NCBI GenBank assembly: GCA_963817635.1
Contig: CAWFPR010000020.1
Location: forward strand, 54,866-118,865
Source: an uncultured Acidobacteriota bacterium
GTDB taxonomy: Bacteria; Acidobacteriota; Vicinamibacteria; Vicinamibacterales; 2-12-FULL-66-21
DNA: 64,000 nt
Direction of reading: 5' to 3'
Made by a program: the position numbers and the translations under genes
Shown: positions 48,658 to 58,144 of the stretch, piece by piece
How the letters are laid out: each line of letters opens with the position of its first letter
Position numbering within the stretch: position 1 is the first letter of the stretch
The notes under the pieces: generated by a model
Told to the model about the DNA's origin: nothing
What the model saw: only the letters and a program-made list of their open reading frames with translations
Databases searched by the model: none

Positions 48658-49307
48658 GCCGCCAGCAACGCCCGGGTCCGCGGCGCACGCGAGCGGTTGG
48701 CCGACAGATCGCGCGCCAGACGGTCCACGTCCTGGGGCCGATCGACGTCGTAGTGCTCCGGCGCAAGCGCCACGGTCAGCCCAAGCGCATCAGCCCGCGC
48801 CCGGAGGGCGTCGGCGGCCGATTGCGTCCCCATGACATCGGCCGCGAAGAGTCCGTCATGCGCGCACGTCGCCCCCACCAGGTAGTATCCGCCGTCGTCG
48901 CACGGTCCGATCACGACATCGCGGATCCGGAGATGAGCGAATGCCTCGCCGAGCGTGGCCGCTGACACGTGAGGCGCGTCGCCGCTGAGCGCGATGACTG
49001 CGTTGCGGGCCGGCGTACACAGACGCTCGAAGACGGACGTCAGCGCGGCCGCGAGCCCGGTCCCGCTCTGCGCGACAACCTCGACGCCAGCCGGAAGCCA
49101 CGCCCGCACCGCCTCGGCATCGGCTGACGGGCACACGGCCACCGTGCGAACGCCAAGCGCGCGCCCGGTCTCGAACGTGTCCTCGATGAACGCCCGGTAC
49201 AGGCCGGTGATCTGGTCCGGCGCGAACGCCGGCGCGAGCCGCGTCTTCACGTGGCCGGCGCGCGGTGCCTTCGTCATCACGGCGAGGACGCGATCGTCGC
49301 GGGTCAC
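48600..49307 (-). CDS. DUF2064 / TIGR04282-type (CofC-like) transferase
   Basis: VLAVMTKAPRAGHVKTRLAP...GLYRAFIEDT...SGDAPHVS...GPCDDGGYYLVG is the DUF2064 signature. Confidence 0.75.
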   Translation of the reverse strand: MTRDDRVLAVMTKAPRAGHVKTRLAPAFAPDQITGLYRAFIEDTFETGRALGVRTVAVCPSADAEAVRAWLPAGVEVVAQSGTGLAAALTSVFERLCTPARNAVIALSGDAPHVSAATLGEAFAHLRIRDVVIGPCDDGGYYLVGATCAHDGLFAADVMGTQSAADALRARADALGLTVALAPEHYDVDRPQDVDRLARDLSANRSRAPRTRALLAAWAHRPCGSITASSSSRVR

Positions 49308-49310
49308 TGG

Positions 49311-50006
49311 TCATCGTGCCGTCGGCCGTCCGTCGAGACGGTACTGGAAGATGCAGCCGAAGATCCGCCAGGCTGCCCCGAGCGATCCGCGGACGGTTCC
49401 GGTGATCTTCGACTGGCCGATGCGGCGGTGGTAGCTGACCGGGACTTCGGCGATACGTAGCCCCGCGAGCGCGCCGCGCAGGATCATCTCGACGGCCCAG
49501 CCGTAGCCCGCCTCGCGCAGCCGAAGCGCGCCGAGCGCGTCGGCGCGCACCGCGCGGAAGGGTCCGGGGTCGGAGATCTCCACGCCGTACAACACCCGGA
49601 TCAAACCGGCGGCGACCCGGTTGCCCGCCACGGAGTGCCACGGCAGCGCGCCGGGTTCACGCCGGCCCGCCAGCCGCGAGCCGATGACGATGTCGGCACG
49701 GCCGGCGACGATGGGCTCGATGAGCATCGGCAGCTCCGCGGGACGATCGCTGTAGTCCCCATCCAGGAAGACGATGATGTCCGGATGATCGGCGTGCTCC
49801 AGCCCTGTCAGGCAGGCGCGCCCGTAACCGCGTCGCGGCTCGTTGAGGACGCGGGCGCCTCGCGCGGCGGCGATCGCCGCGGTGGCGTCGGAGGATTCCG
49901 CGTCAACCACGATGATCTCCGTCGCCGGCGGGCGCGGGATCTCGTCGAGCACGCGGCCGATCGCCTGCGCTTCATTGCGCGTGGGAATGACGACCGTGAC
50001 GCGCAT
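49311..50006 (-). CDS. family 2 glycosyltransferase (Dpm1/GtrB-like)
   Basis: MRVTVVIPTRNEAQAIGRVLDEI...IIVVDAESSDATA...VFLDGDYSD...GSR (DxD and GT-A fold motifs). Confidence 0.85.
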   Translation of the reverse strand: MRVTVVIPTRNEAQAIGRVLDEIPRPPATEIIVVDAESSDATAAIAAARGARVLNEPRRGYGRACLTGLEHADHPDIIVFLDGDYSDRPAELPMLIEPIVAGRADIVIGSRLAGRREPGALPWHSVAGNRVAAGLIRVLYGVEISDPGPFRAVRADALGALRLREAGYGWAVEMILRGALAGLRIAEVPVSYHRRIGQSKITGTVRGSLGAAWRIFGCIFQYRLDGRPTAR

Positions 50007-50485
50007 CACCAGAGCGGACTGTCCGGGTTCCCGTGAGCGAGCACGGAATCGAGGCCCCAATACCGGCCGGCGCGGCCGACCGACAGGGCAAAGGCGACCC
50101 AGGTCGGGACGAGCAGTTCCCAGATCCAGGCCGTGCCCCATTCCGACAGCCACAGGCTCGCGAGGAACAGCCCCGCGGCACATGCGGCCGGCCGCGTGAA
50201 GAGGCCGAGCGTGAGCAGGAGCCCGAAGGACGCCTCCGCGAGCGCCTGCAGCGGCGCGGCGATACGGGCGTGATCGGCCGCGGCGGCCATCACAAGCTTC
50301 CACACGTGCGGTGCGTGTCCCTGATCGATGTAGCTTCGGATCAGATGCGCATACCCGTCCGGGGTGTACAACCCCTTGCCGTAGTTCTCGAAAAACACCG
50401 AGAGGAACATTACACCCAGGCAGAGGCGCGCGAGTGCGAGGCCTGCCCGGGCGGCGGAATCGGATCGCAGATCAGCATGCATCAT
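50006..50485 (-). CDS. DoxX family membrane protein
   Basis: Four TM helices (LALARLCLGVMFLSVFFEN, ASFGLLLTLGLFTRPAACAAGLFLASLW). TGATG overlap with the GT2 gene. Confidence 0.7.
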   Translation of the reverse strand: MMHADLRSDSAARAGLALARLCLGVMFLSVFFENYGKGLYTPDGYAHLIRSYIDQGHAPHVWKLVMAAAADHARIAAPLQALAEASFGLLLTLGLFTRPAACAAGLFLASLWLSEWGTAWIWELLVPTWVAFALSVGRAGRYWGLDSVLAHGNPDSPLW

Positions 50486-50590
50486 GACTCTCTTCGCAGT
50501 AATGGCGCTCACCCGGACAATGGCGCACCCGCCGTCGCCGGCTCCCATGCTCCTGGGATTATGGCGCCGCCGGCCGCCATGGCGCCGGAG

Positions 50591-51623
50591 TCAGTCGCGC
50601 GCGACGACGATGGTCGTGCAGGCGCTCTCGCTCTTCGGCAGTTCCCGAGCGGCCGCCATTCGGACCTCGAGCTTCTGCTCCTCGCCGCGAACGATCGGGC
50701 AGTACGGATCGGGAGCGTCGATGGCTCCGCGCAGGCCGCGGCGACCCGCGCAGCCGCCCCGGCACGTCGGCTTGAAGGCGCACTCGCGACAGGCCTCCGG
50801 GAGCGTGCGCGCGTGCTCGAAGGCCGCCGTGTCCACAATGCGCGCGCCTCCGGCGAGCAGCGCCGACAGGGGCTCGCCGTCGCCTGGCCAGTAGACGCAC
50901 GGCTGCGTCGTACCGCGGGGCGTCACGCGCACGGTCCGCACGCCGCAGCCGCCGGTTCGCGGAGGCAACCCGGCCATCGCGCGGACGAGCGGTTCCCCGA
51001 TCGCCACCACGTCGGTTGCCGCGAAGAGGGCGCGGAAGCCGTCCCAGGTACTCGCGGTAGGTCAGCGCGAACCGATCGGATTGCACCGCCTGGTATACGT
51101 TCACCCGCAGCAGGGCGCCGTGCCGTCCGGCGACGCGCGCCACCTCGGCGAGGCGCGCATAGTTCGCCTTCATCATCACGGCAATGAAGGTGACGGGAAT
51201 GCCGAGGCGAACCGCGCGCGCGGCCTGCTCGTGCACGAGCGCCCAGTTGCCGGCACCGCGCTCGGCGTCCTGCTCCTCCCGGGTCGGATAGTCGAGCGAG
51301 AACTCCACATCGGCGAACGCGCGCAGTTCATCGTCGTCCAGGACGGCGGCGCTGTGGCCGTTCGTGGTGATGGTGAGCTTGACCGGCCGCGTTCGCAGGT
51401 CGGCCAGGATTTCGTGGAACTGCGGGTGCATGCCGTTTTCGCCCGTGCCGAGATTGACCGAGCGGACGGGCAGCGCAGAGACGACCGCGCGCACCTGTTC
51501 GGGGCTGAGCCGATCGACCCGCGATGGATCGCGGTAGCAGAACGCGCACGAGAGGTTGCACTCGCTGGTCAGGCCCAGACCGATCGCGAACCCGTCGGCG
51601 GGCGCAGGCGGACGCGCCGTCAT
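50591..51623 (-). CDS. radical SAM protein with a SPASM/twitch-like Cys-rich C-terminus (frameshift near 51047)
   Basis: CNLSCAFCY (CxxxCxxC). After ...FALTYREY the sensible frame moves +1 (WDGFRALFAATDVVAIGEPL...CRECAFKPTCRGGCAGRR...PDPYCP). ATGA overlap with the upstream methyltransferase gene. Confidence 0.8.
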
Positions 51624-52420
51624 CGTGGCGTCCCCGTCGCATCGACGGGCCGTCGCGCAATGAGGTGCAGGTAACGGGCCACGGCGACGAACTCCGGGCG
51701 CGCGCCGAGCGTGGACTCCAGCTCGAAGACGCGCGCGGCGTCGGCCTCCTCGAGCCGCTCCGGCTCGATGTAGTCGGCAATCACTCGGACGCCACGTTGC
51801 TCGACCACCTCGAGGCTCGCGGCGCCAATCGCGCCGTGCAGATCCGATGGAGCGAAGATACGCACGGTTCCACCGTACAGGCCTTCGCGCACGGAGTCGA
51901 GAGAGAGTGTAGCCGCGGCACGCGTCCAGTCTCGCGAGACGAGGGCCGCCTTCAGCACCTCCCCCGCCCGGTTGCGCACGAGCAGCGAGCACAAGCCGCC
52001 GGGCCGCAGCAGCCGCGCGATGTCGCGCACGGCCCGCGGCGGATCGGACAGGTACTCCAGCACGTTGTGGCAGACCACCACGTCGAACGAGGCTGGATCA
52101 TACAGGTGGGTCAGGCGGTCGGCGGCCGCGTGCTGGAACGTCATCCGCGCGGCAACGCCGCGGGCCGTTGCGGCCTCGCGCGCGAGCGCGAGCATCCCTT
52201 CGGAGGCGTCGAGCACGACCACGTCGAACCCGATCTCCGCGAGGCGCGCGGCGGTGACGCCCGTGCCACCGCCGACGTCGAGCGCGCGCCGTCCCGACGA
52301 ACCGGCCGGGAGCCACGCCCGGAGGCCCTGCCAGGCGAGGTTTGTTCGCAGTCGTCCGCCGGCCGTCTCCAGGTAGGCCGCGTACTTGTCGGCGTCGTCG
52401 AAGCGCGACGTCTCCGGCAT
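51620..52420 (-). CDS. class I SAM-dependent methyltransferase
   Basis: Motif I ALDVGGGTGVTAARLA, post-I VVVLDASEGML, and Methyltransf_11-like FDVVVCHNVLEYL. Confidence 0.85.
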   Translation of the reverse strand: MPETSRFDDADKYAAYLETAGGRLRTNLAWQGLRAWLPAGSSGRRALDVGGGTGVTAARLAEIGFDVVVLDASEGMLALAREAATARGVAARMTFQHAAADRLTHLYDPASFDVVVCHNVLEYLSDPPRAVRDIARLLRPGGLCSLLVRNRAGEVLKAALVSRDWTRAAATLSLDSVREGLYGGTVRIFAPSDLHGAIGAASLEVVEQRGVRVIADYIEPERLEEADAARVFELESTLGARPEFVAVARYLHLIARRPVDATGTPR

Positions 52421-52478
52421 CCGCCGCCTAGGTTACCTCCCGGCCCGGGAATTGAGAAGCGGCGGCCCCTGAGCCCTG

Positions 52479-54186
52479 CTACCTGAGCCCTGAGCCTTTC
52501 TTTATTCCGCTCGAGATCACGAACATGCGGCCCGAGTGATTGCCCGCGATGCCGCTCCAGGCCGACGTGATCAGGAGATCGATCGTCCCGTCTCCGTCCA
52601 CGTCGCCGATGCCGACCGCGTCGAAGCCGAACGTGTCGCCGGGGATGCGGCAGGTGTAGGTGCGCAGGAGCTTCCCGTCCTTTCCGGAATACAGGTAGGC
52701 GCGTCCGGCGGACGCGGCGGCGGCCGAGGTACTGCCAGGAGCCGATGATCAGGTCCGGCACGCCGTCGCCGTCGGCGTCGCCCATCCGGGACGCGCCGAT
52801 GCCGAAGCCTTCGCCCGGCGTCTCGCCGGTGAGGGTCAGCAGGTTCCTGCCGTCCTTGCCCGAATACACGTAGGCGCGACCGGTCGAGGGTCCCTTTGCG
52901 GCATTCGGAAAGTCGGTCGTGTAGACATCGGGCACACCGTCGCGGTCGAAGTCTCCCGGCACCGACATGAACATGGCGCCGAAGGCCGCACCGGTGTCGT
53001 CGGAATCGACGGTGAAGGCTGGCTTCTGCGTGAGGCTGTCATAGACGTAGAAGCGGCCGGTCGTATGCGCGCCTCCGCCCGGCGCCCCGACCAGCAGGAA
53101 CTTGTGCCTGCCGTCGGCGTAGCCGGAGACGGCGGCGCCGAACTGGTCGTTGGCACGCTCGCCGGTCAGGGTCAGCAGCAGTTTGCCATCGGCGCCGGAG
53201 TAGACGTACGCGCGCCCGGCGCCCTTGCCGTTCGCGGCGTTCGCCGGCGCGCCGACGATGACGTCGGCGGCGCCGTCGCCGTTGAAATCGCCGACGCCGG
53301 CGACGTGACGGCCGAAGCCGTCGCTCAGCGCTTCAGCCTTGAACATCTGGAGCACGGAGCCGTCCTTGCCGGAATAGATGCCGGCGTACCCGCCGCCGGG
53401 CGCGCTCGCGATCACGTCGGGAATGCCGTCCTTGTTCGCGTCGCCGGCGGCTTCGACGCCGATGCCGAGCGTGTCGCCCGGCTTGCCGTCCACCTTCCAC
53501 AACAGCTTTCCTGATTTCGTCGAGTAGACGTAGACGCGACCGGCCGGCGCGCCGCCGCCGATCACCTTCGTCGGGGCGGACGTGACGATGTCGTGGACGC
53601 CGTCCTTGTCGACGTCGCCGATGTCGCGCGCGATCCAGCCGAACTGATCGCCGATCGCCTCGCCGTCCCACTCGCGGATGATTCTGGTGTCTTCGACGAA
53701 CGGATTGGCGAAATCGGCGGGCTTGGGCAGCAGCGCGGCGAAGCGCGGATCGCTCTTCAACGCCGCGACGTCGGAATCCACCTGAATTTGCGTCATGTCC
53801 ATCTTGCCGGTGGCCTTGGCCTTGCCGAGCCATTCGAAGGCGCGATCGGCGTCGCCCTTGAGGGCGTATACCGTGCCGATGTTGTAGGTGACGGCCGGCG
53901 CGACCGGCTGCAGGGTCAGAAACTTCTGGTACGCCGCGAGGGCGCGATCGAGTTCCTTGTTCTGCTGAAGGGCGATGCCGTACATGCGCCACGCGCGCGC
54001 GTTGGCTGGCTCGCTCGAGGTGATCTGCTCGAGGATTTTCACGGCGCCGGCGAAGTCGCTGGCGCGCAGCTTCGCCGCGGCGTCATTGAGCGACGGCTGC
54101 TGGGCTGCCGACAGGGCACACCCGGCGAGTACCAGAACGGCCATCGTGTGGCGGAACGTCCGGATATCGATCGTCATGCCGCGCAT
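52479..54186 (-). CDS. secreted TPR + FG-GAP (integrin-alpha-like) repeat protein, frameshift near 52738
   Basis: Signal/lipobox LVLAGC, TPR units, then 7 FG-GAP-type units (GD.DGDG.PD...G.AY.YSGKDG). The last unit and the stop (TAG 52479-52481) are in the +1 frame. Confidence 0.75.
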
Positions 54187-54412
54187 TCTAGCGGCGCCCG
54201 TCCACCCCGCCTACGCGCAAGTGACGGACGCGCACGCGCGAGGACCAAGCGCGGTTCGCAGGGGACGGGCGACAGGGCGGCCGGCTGAAACCGTCGTTTT
54301 CAGGCCTGAAACTGGCGTGTTCAACGACCACCCCTGGTGACGAACGCCGCATCTCTCACGCCTGGCGATCGCCCGTTGAGGTCCGGGTTAGCTCTCAGAG
54401 GGTTCCCCCCCC

Positions 54413-54628
54413 AGCAGCTTCACCCCAGCTTCAACCCGGCTCCGACCCAGCTTCACCCCAGCTTCGACGGAGCTTCACCCCAGCTTCAACCCAGCTCCGA
54501 CCAGCTTCCCCAGCTTCGACGGAGCTTCACCCCAGCTTCAACCCAGCTCCGACCCAGCTTCACCCAGCTCCGACCCAGCTTCAACCCAGCTTCGACCCAG
54601 CTTCGACCCAGCTTCGACCCAGCTTCGG
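54413..54628 (+). repeat. tandem array of about 20 units of an 11-nt repeat (CAGCTTCRACC)
   Basis: Read directly, ending ...cagcttcgacccagcttcgacccagcttcgacccagcttcgg. It lies about 25-40 nt upstream of the cupin start codon. Confidence 0.95.
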
Positions 54629-54666
54629 CGCGTCAGGTCTGAATTGGTGGGTTGTACACTCCGCAC

Positions 54667-55023
54667 ATGGACGTCATCAATCTCGAAGAGAAGTTCCGCG
54701 CCGTCACGGCGTACTGGCAGCCGAAGATTGTCGGTGCTGTCAACGACTTCCACGTGAAGATCGCCAAGATCCAGGGGGAGTTCGTCTTTCACCATCACGA
54801 GACCGAGGACGAGCTGTTCCTCGTGCTCAAGGGGCGGCTGCTGATGAAGTTCACCCACCGCGAGCTCTGGATCGAGCAGGGTGAGTGCCTGATCGTTCCG
54901 CACGGCGTCGAGCACTGCCCCGTCGCGCCCGAAGAGGTACACATCCTGCTGCTCGAGCCGGCGACGACGCTGAACACCGGCACGGTCCAGAACGAGCGTA
55001 CCGTCGACGCGGAGTGGATTTAA
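54667..55023 (+). CDS. cupin domain protein
   Basis: MDVINLEEKF...FHVKIAKIQGEFVFHHHETEDELFLVLKGRL...GECLIVPHGVEHCP. The ORF-track start at 54652 is TTG. Confidence 0.8.
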   Translation: MDVINLEEKFRAVTAYWQPKIVGAVNDFHVKIAKIQGEFVFHHHETEDELFLVLKGRLLMKFTHRELWIEQGECLIVPHGVEHCPVAPEEVHILLLEPATTLNTGTVQNERTVDAEWI

Positions 55024-55151
55024 GGGTCCGTCCGGAAATCCGCCGGGACCAGGGTGGCGTAGTCCCGGTGACTTCGGATTCGTTGCCCGGCAGGTTGCGC
55101 CGCGATCGGCGGCACGAGACTGTTCCCCCGGCCTGGACGGGGTTGACGCTC

Positions 55152-55428
55152 GGGTCGAAGCTGGGTTGAAGCCGGGTCGAAGCCGGGTCGAAGCCGGGTC
55201 GAAGCCGGGTCGAAGCCGGGTCGAAGCTGGGTCGAAGCTGGGTCGAAGCTGGGTCGAAGCTGGGTTGAAGCTGGGTTGAAGCTGGGTTGAAGCTGGGTTG
55301 AAGCTGGGTTGAAGCTTGGTCGAAGCTGCGTCGAAGCTGGGTCGGAGCTCTGGGTTGAAGCCGGGTCGAAGCTGGGTTGAAGCCGGGTCGAAGCCGGGGT
55401 GAAGCTGGGTCGAAGCTGGGGTGAAGCT
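55152..55428 (-). repeat. tandem array of about 25 units of the same 11-nt repeat in inverted orientation (GGGTYGAAGCY)
   Basis: Read directly. It contains blocks of identical variants (5x gggtcgaagcc, 4x gggtcgaagct, 5x gggttgaagct) and is the reverse complement of the 54413-54628 unit. Confidence 0.95.
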
Positions 55429-55447
55429 CCCGCGCGCGGGGCGCCGA

Positions 55448-57032
55448 TCAGGCGCGGGGAAGTTCGACCGTATAGAGGATCTTCCCGGACAGGTCGTGCA
55501 GCTTGACCGTCATGGCCAGCGTGCGCGCGTCGACGGTCAGCGTCCCGAAGAACTGAAGGCCCTCGCTCGGCGGACGGTTCGGCTTCGTCGCCGCGGTCGT
55601 CCCGGTGAACTTCACGTCCGGCCCGAACGTCCGGTCCAGCTCGTTCGGCGGGAACGTGCCGGCGTTGAGCGGGCCGGCGACGAACTCCCAGAACGGATCG
55701 AACTCGGTGAAGACCGCGCGCGACGGATCGTAGCGGTGCGCGGCGCAGTAGTGCACGTCGGCGGTCACCCACACGACGTTGCGGATGCGCCGATCGCGGA
55801 TGAACGTCAGCAGGCTCGCGACCTCGAGCTCGCGGCCGAGCGGCGGGCCCTCGTCGGCGTTGGCGAACGCCTCGTAGTACGACGGCGGGTCCCGGACGAC
55901 CAGGCCGATGGGCAGGTCGCTGGCGATCACCTTCCACGTGGCCCGGCTCGCGGCGAGGTTGCGCTTCAGCGACGCGAGCTGGGCGGCGCCGAACAGCGCC
56001 GACGACTCGTCGAGCACTCTCTGGCGGTTCGCCGAATTCGGCCCCCGATAGCTGCGCAGATCCAGCGCGAAAATCTCGACGTGCGGGCCGTAGGTCAGGT
56101 TGCGGTAGACGCGGTCCGGATTGTCCGGATTGAGCGGCAGCGGATTGTACTCGGCAAACGCCCGCCGCGCGCGCGCCGCGAGGAGCGCCATGCTCTTCTC
56201 GTGGTACCGCGCGTCGCGATCGAGGCTGCGCTCCCAGGTACCAGTTGTCGCGCACCTCGTGGTCGTCCCACATGACGACCTGCGGCACTTCGGCGTTGAA
56301 TCGCCGCATGTGGTCGTCGAGCAGGTTGTACTGGTAGTTCCCGCGGAAGTCGTCGATCGTCTCGGCCGCGTGCGACTTGGCCGGCGTCACGATGTTCTTC
56401 CACACCGTCCCGTCGTCCAGCGGCACTTCGGCGGCGAGCGGCTGGTCGGCGTAGATGGTGTCGCCGGCGTTGATGAACACGTCCGGCTGCGCGGCGCGCA
56501 TCGTCTCGTAGAGGCGAAGACCGCCCCACTCGGGATTGATGCCCCAGCCCTGGCCGACGGTGTCGGCCGACCAGGCGATGGTGACATTGCGCGAAGCGTC
56601 GCCGGGCGTCTGGAAGCTGCCCGCGGCCGGCAGGCTCCACCGGCGGATGTCAGCGAGATCCTGGAAGAGCACGCGGTAGAAGATCCGCTGGCCCGGCGGC
56701 AGGTCCGTCAGGGCCACGCGGGCAGTGAAATCGGATGTATCGAGCGCGGCCGGCCCCTCGACGCGCAGGGGATGGGCGAATCGATCGGAGGTGTCGTACT
56801 CGACGAACATGCGGGCCGCGCGATCGGCGCGGCTCCAGATGACGGCACGCCCGCCGGTCACATCGCCCGCGGCGACGCCCTGCGGAATCGCGGGACGCGA
56901 CGATTCCTGGACGACGAGCGCCGGCGCCCGGCCGAAACCGGCGGCCCGGACGGACGGCACCAGGCATGATGCGGCCCCGAGCGCGAGCGAACGCCGGAAG
57001 AACGCCCGGCGATCGATCCGCACCGGGGCCAT
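55448..57032 (-). CDS. phoD: alkaline phosphatase D (PhoD) with a Tat signal, frameshift near 56236
   Basis: MAPVRIDRRAFFRRSLALGAAS (twin-Arg). PhoD motifs: GDTIYAD, WDDHEVRDNWY. The sensible frame then moves +1 (WERSLDRDARY...VVWVTADVHYCAAH...). Confidence 0.85.
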
Positions 57033-57034
57033 GC

Positions 57035-58144
57035 TTATTTGATCCTCGCCGGAACCGTTCCCAGTTCCTTCGCCGACGGCACGCCCGCCAGGGTCTCGGC
57101 CTTTGACACGGCGCGCACGATCGCTTCCGCCATCGCGTCGGCGGCCAGCGCTCCGACGATCGTGACGTTCGCCTGGCCGGTCCAGCGGCCGGTGGCGAGC
57201 GCGAACACGGTATCGCCGTCGCCCATCGTGTGCGACGGGGTGATGGCTCGCGCGAAGCCGTCGTCGGCCATCAGGGCGACGCGGTTCATTTCGGTCTTCG
57301 TGAGCTTCGCGTTGGTGGCGACGACGCCGATCGTCGTGTTCTCGCCCGCCCGCGGCGCGGCGCGCCGTCCGAAATCCCCGGAGCGGAGCAGCTTGCGCAC
57401 GTCGGCGAGCCCCTTGCCGTCCTCGGTGCGCACGCCGGCCACGACCTTCCCCGTCTCCGGATCGATGATGTCGCCGACGGCGTTCACCGCGACGATGGCG
57501 GCGACAATCAGGCCGTTCGGCAGCGTGATGGCGAAGCTGCCGAGCCCTCCCTTCATGGAGTGCCCGCCCATCTTCCCGACTGTCGCCCCGGTGCCGGCGC
57601 CGACATTGCCTTCGGCCACGGGCGCGTAGCTGGCGGCTTCTGCGGCCTTGTATCCGCACTCCGCCGTGGGGCGGACCTTCGGGTTGCCGCCGAAGCCGAG
57701 GTCGAACAGGATGGCGGACGGCACGATCGGGACGACGCCCGATGCCCCGACGGGCCAGCCCATCTTGTGCTCCTCGAGCCACCGCACGGTGCCGGTCGCC
57801 GCGTCGAGCCCGTAGGCGCTGCCGCCGGAGAGCACGATCGCGTTGACGCGGTCGACCATGTTGAGGGGATCGAGGAGATCGGTCTCGCGCGTGCCGGGCG
57901 CGCCGCCCCGCTGCGACACGCCGCCGGCGACGCCGTCGCCGTCTACGAGGATGACGGTGCAGCCGGTGGGACGCTCACTGAGCGTGATCTGCCCGACCTT
58001 GATGCCCTGCACCTCGGTGAGGCCGCGGCCGCCGGTCGGCGCCAGCGGCGCGGGCGCGGCGCCCTGGGTGGCGGGGGCCTGCGCCCCCGCCGTGATTCCG
58101 ATCGCCGAGGCGGCGGCCAGAGAGAGAAGCCATGGTGTTTTCAT
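57035..58144 (-). CDS. S58 (DmpA/P1) family aminopeptidase
   Basis: Signal peptide MKTPWLLSLAAASAIGITAGAQA. GCTVILV...GGAPGTRETDLL...NAIVLSGGSAYGL...GAGTGATVG...NTTIGVVATNA is typical of the family. TAA, then 2 nt, then the phoD ATG. Confidence 0.85.
   Translation of the reverse strand: MKTPWLLSLAAASAIGITAGAQAPATQGAAPAPLAPTGGRGLTEVQGIKVGQITLSERPTGCTVILVDGDGVAGGVSQRGGAPGTRETDLLDPLNMVDRVNAIVLSGGSAYGLDAATGTVRWLEEHKMGWPVGASGVVPIVPSAILFDLGFGGNPKVRPTAECGYKAAEAASYAPVAEGNVGAGTGATVGKMGGHSMKGGLGSFAITLPNGLIVAAIVAVNAVGDIIDPETGKVVAGVRTEDGKGLADVRKLLRSGDFGRRAAPRAGENTTIGVVATNAKLTKTEMNRVALMADDGFARAITPSHTMGDGDTVFALATGRWTGQANVTIVGALAADAMAEAIVRAVSKAETLAGVPSAKELGTVPARIK

Noticed and set aside
54337-54642. ORF translating to PSFNPAPTQLHPSFD... 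(and the matching N-terminal tail of ORF 55020-57782)
   Set aside because: This is a translation of the 11-nt tandem repeat. The period is not a multiple of 3, so the 11-aa 'protein repeat' is an artefact.
54413-55428. CRISPR array
   Set aside because: The repeats are 11 nt and directly abutting, with no unique spacers. No cas genes are present in the window.
55020-57782. Single 920-aa gene
   Set aside because: It is a chimera. Its 5' part overlaps the S58 peptidase gene out of frame, its middle is the PhoD N-terminal half, and its 3' part is frameshifted nonsense plus translated repeat. It is replaced here by phoD (55448-57032) with one frameshift.
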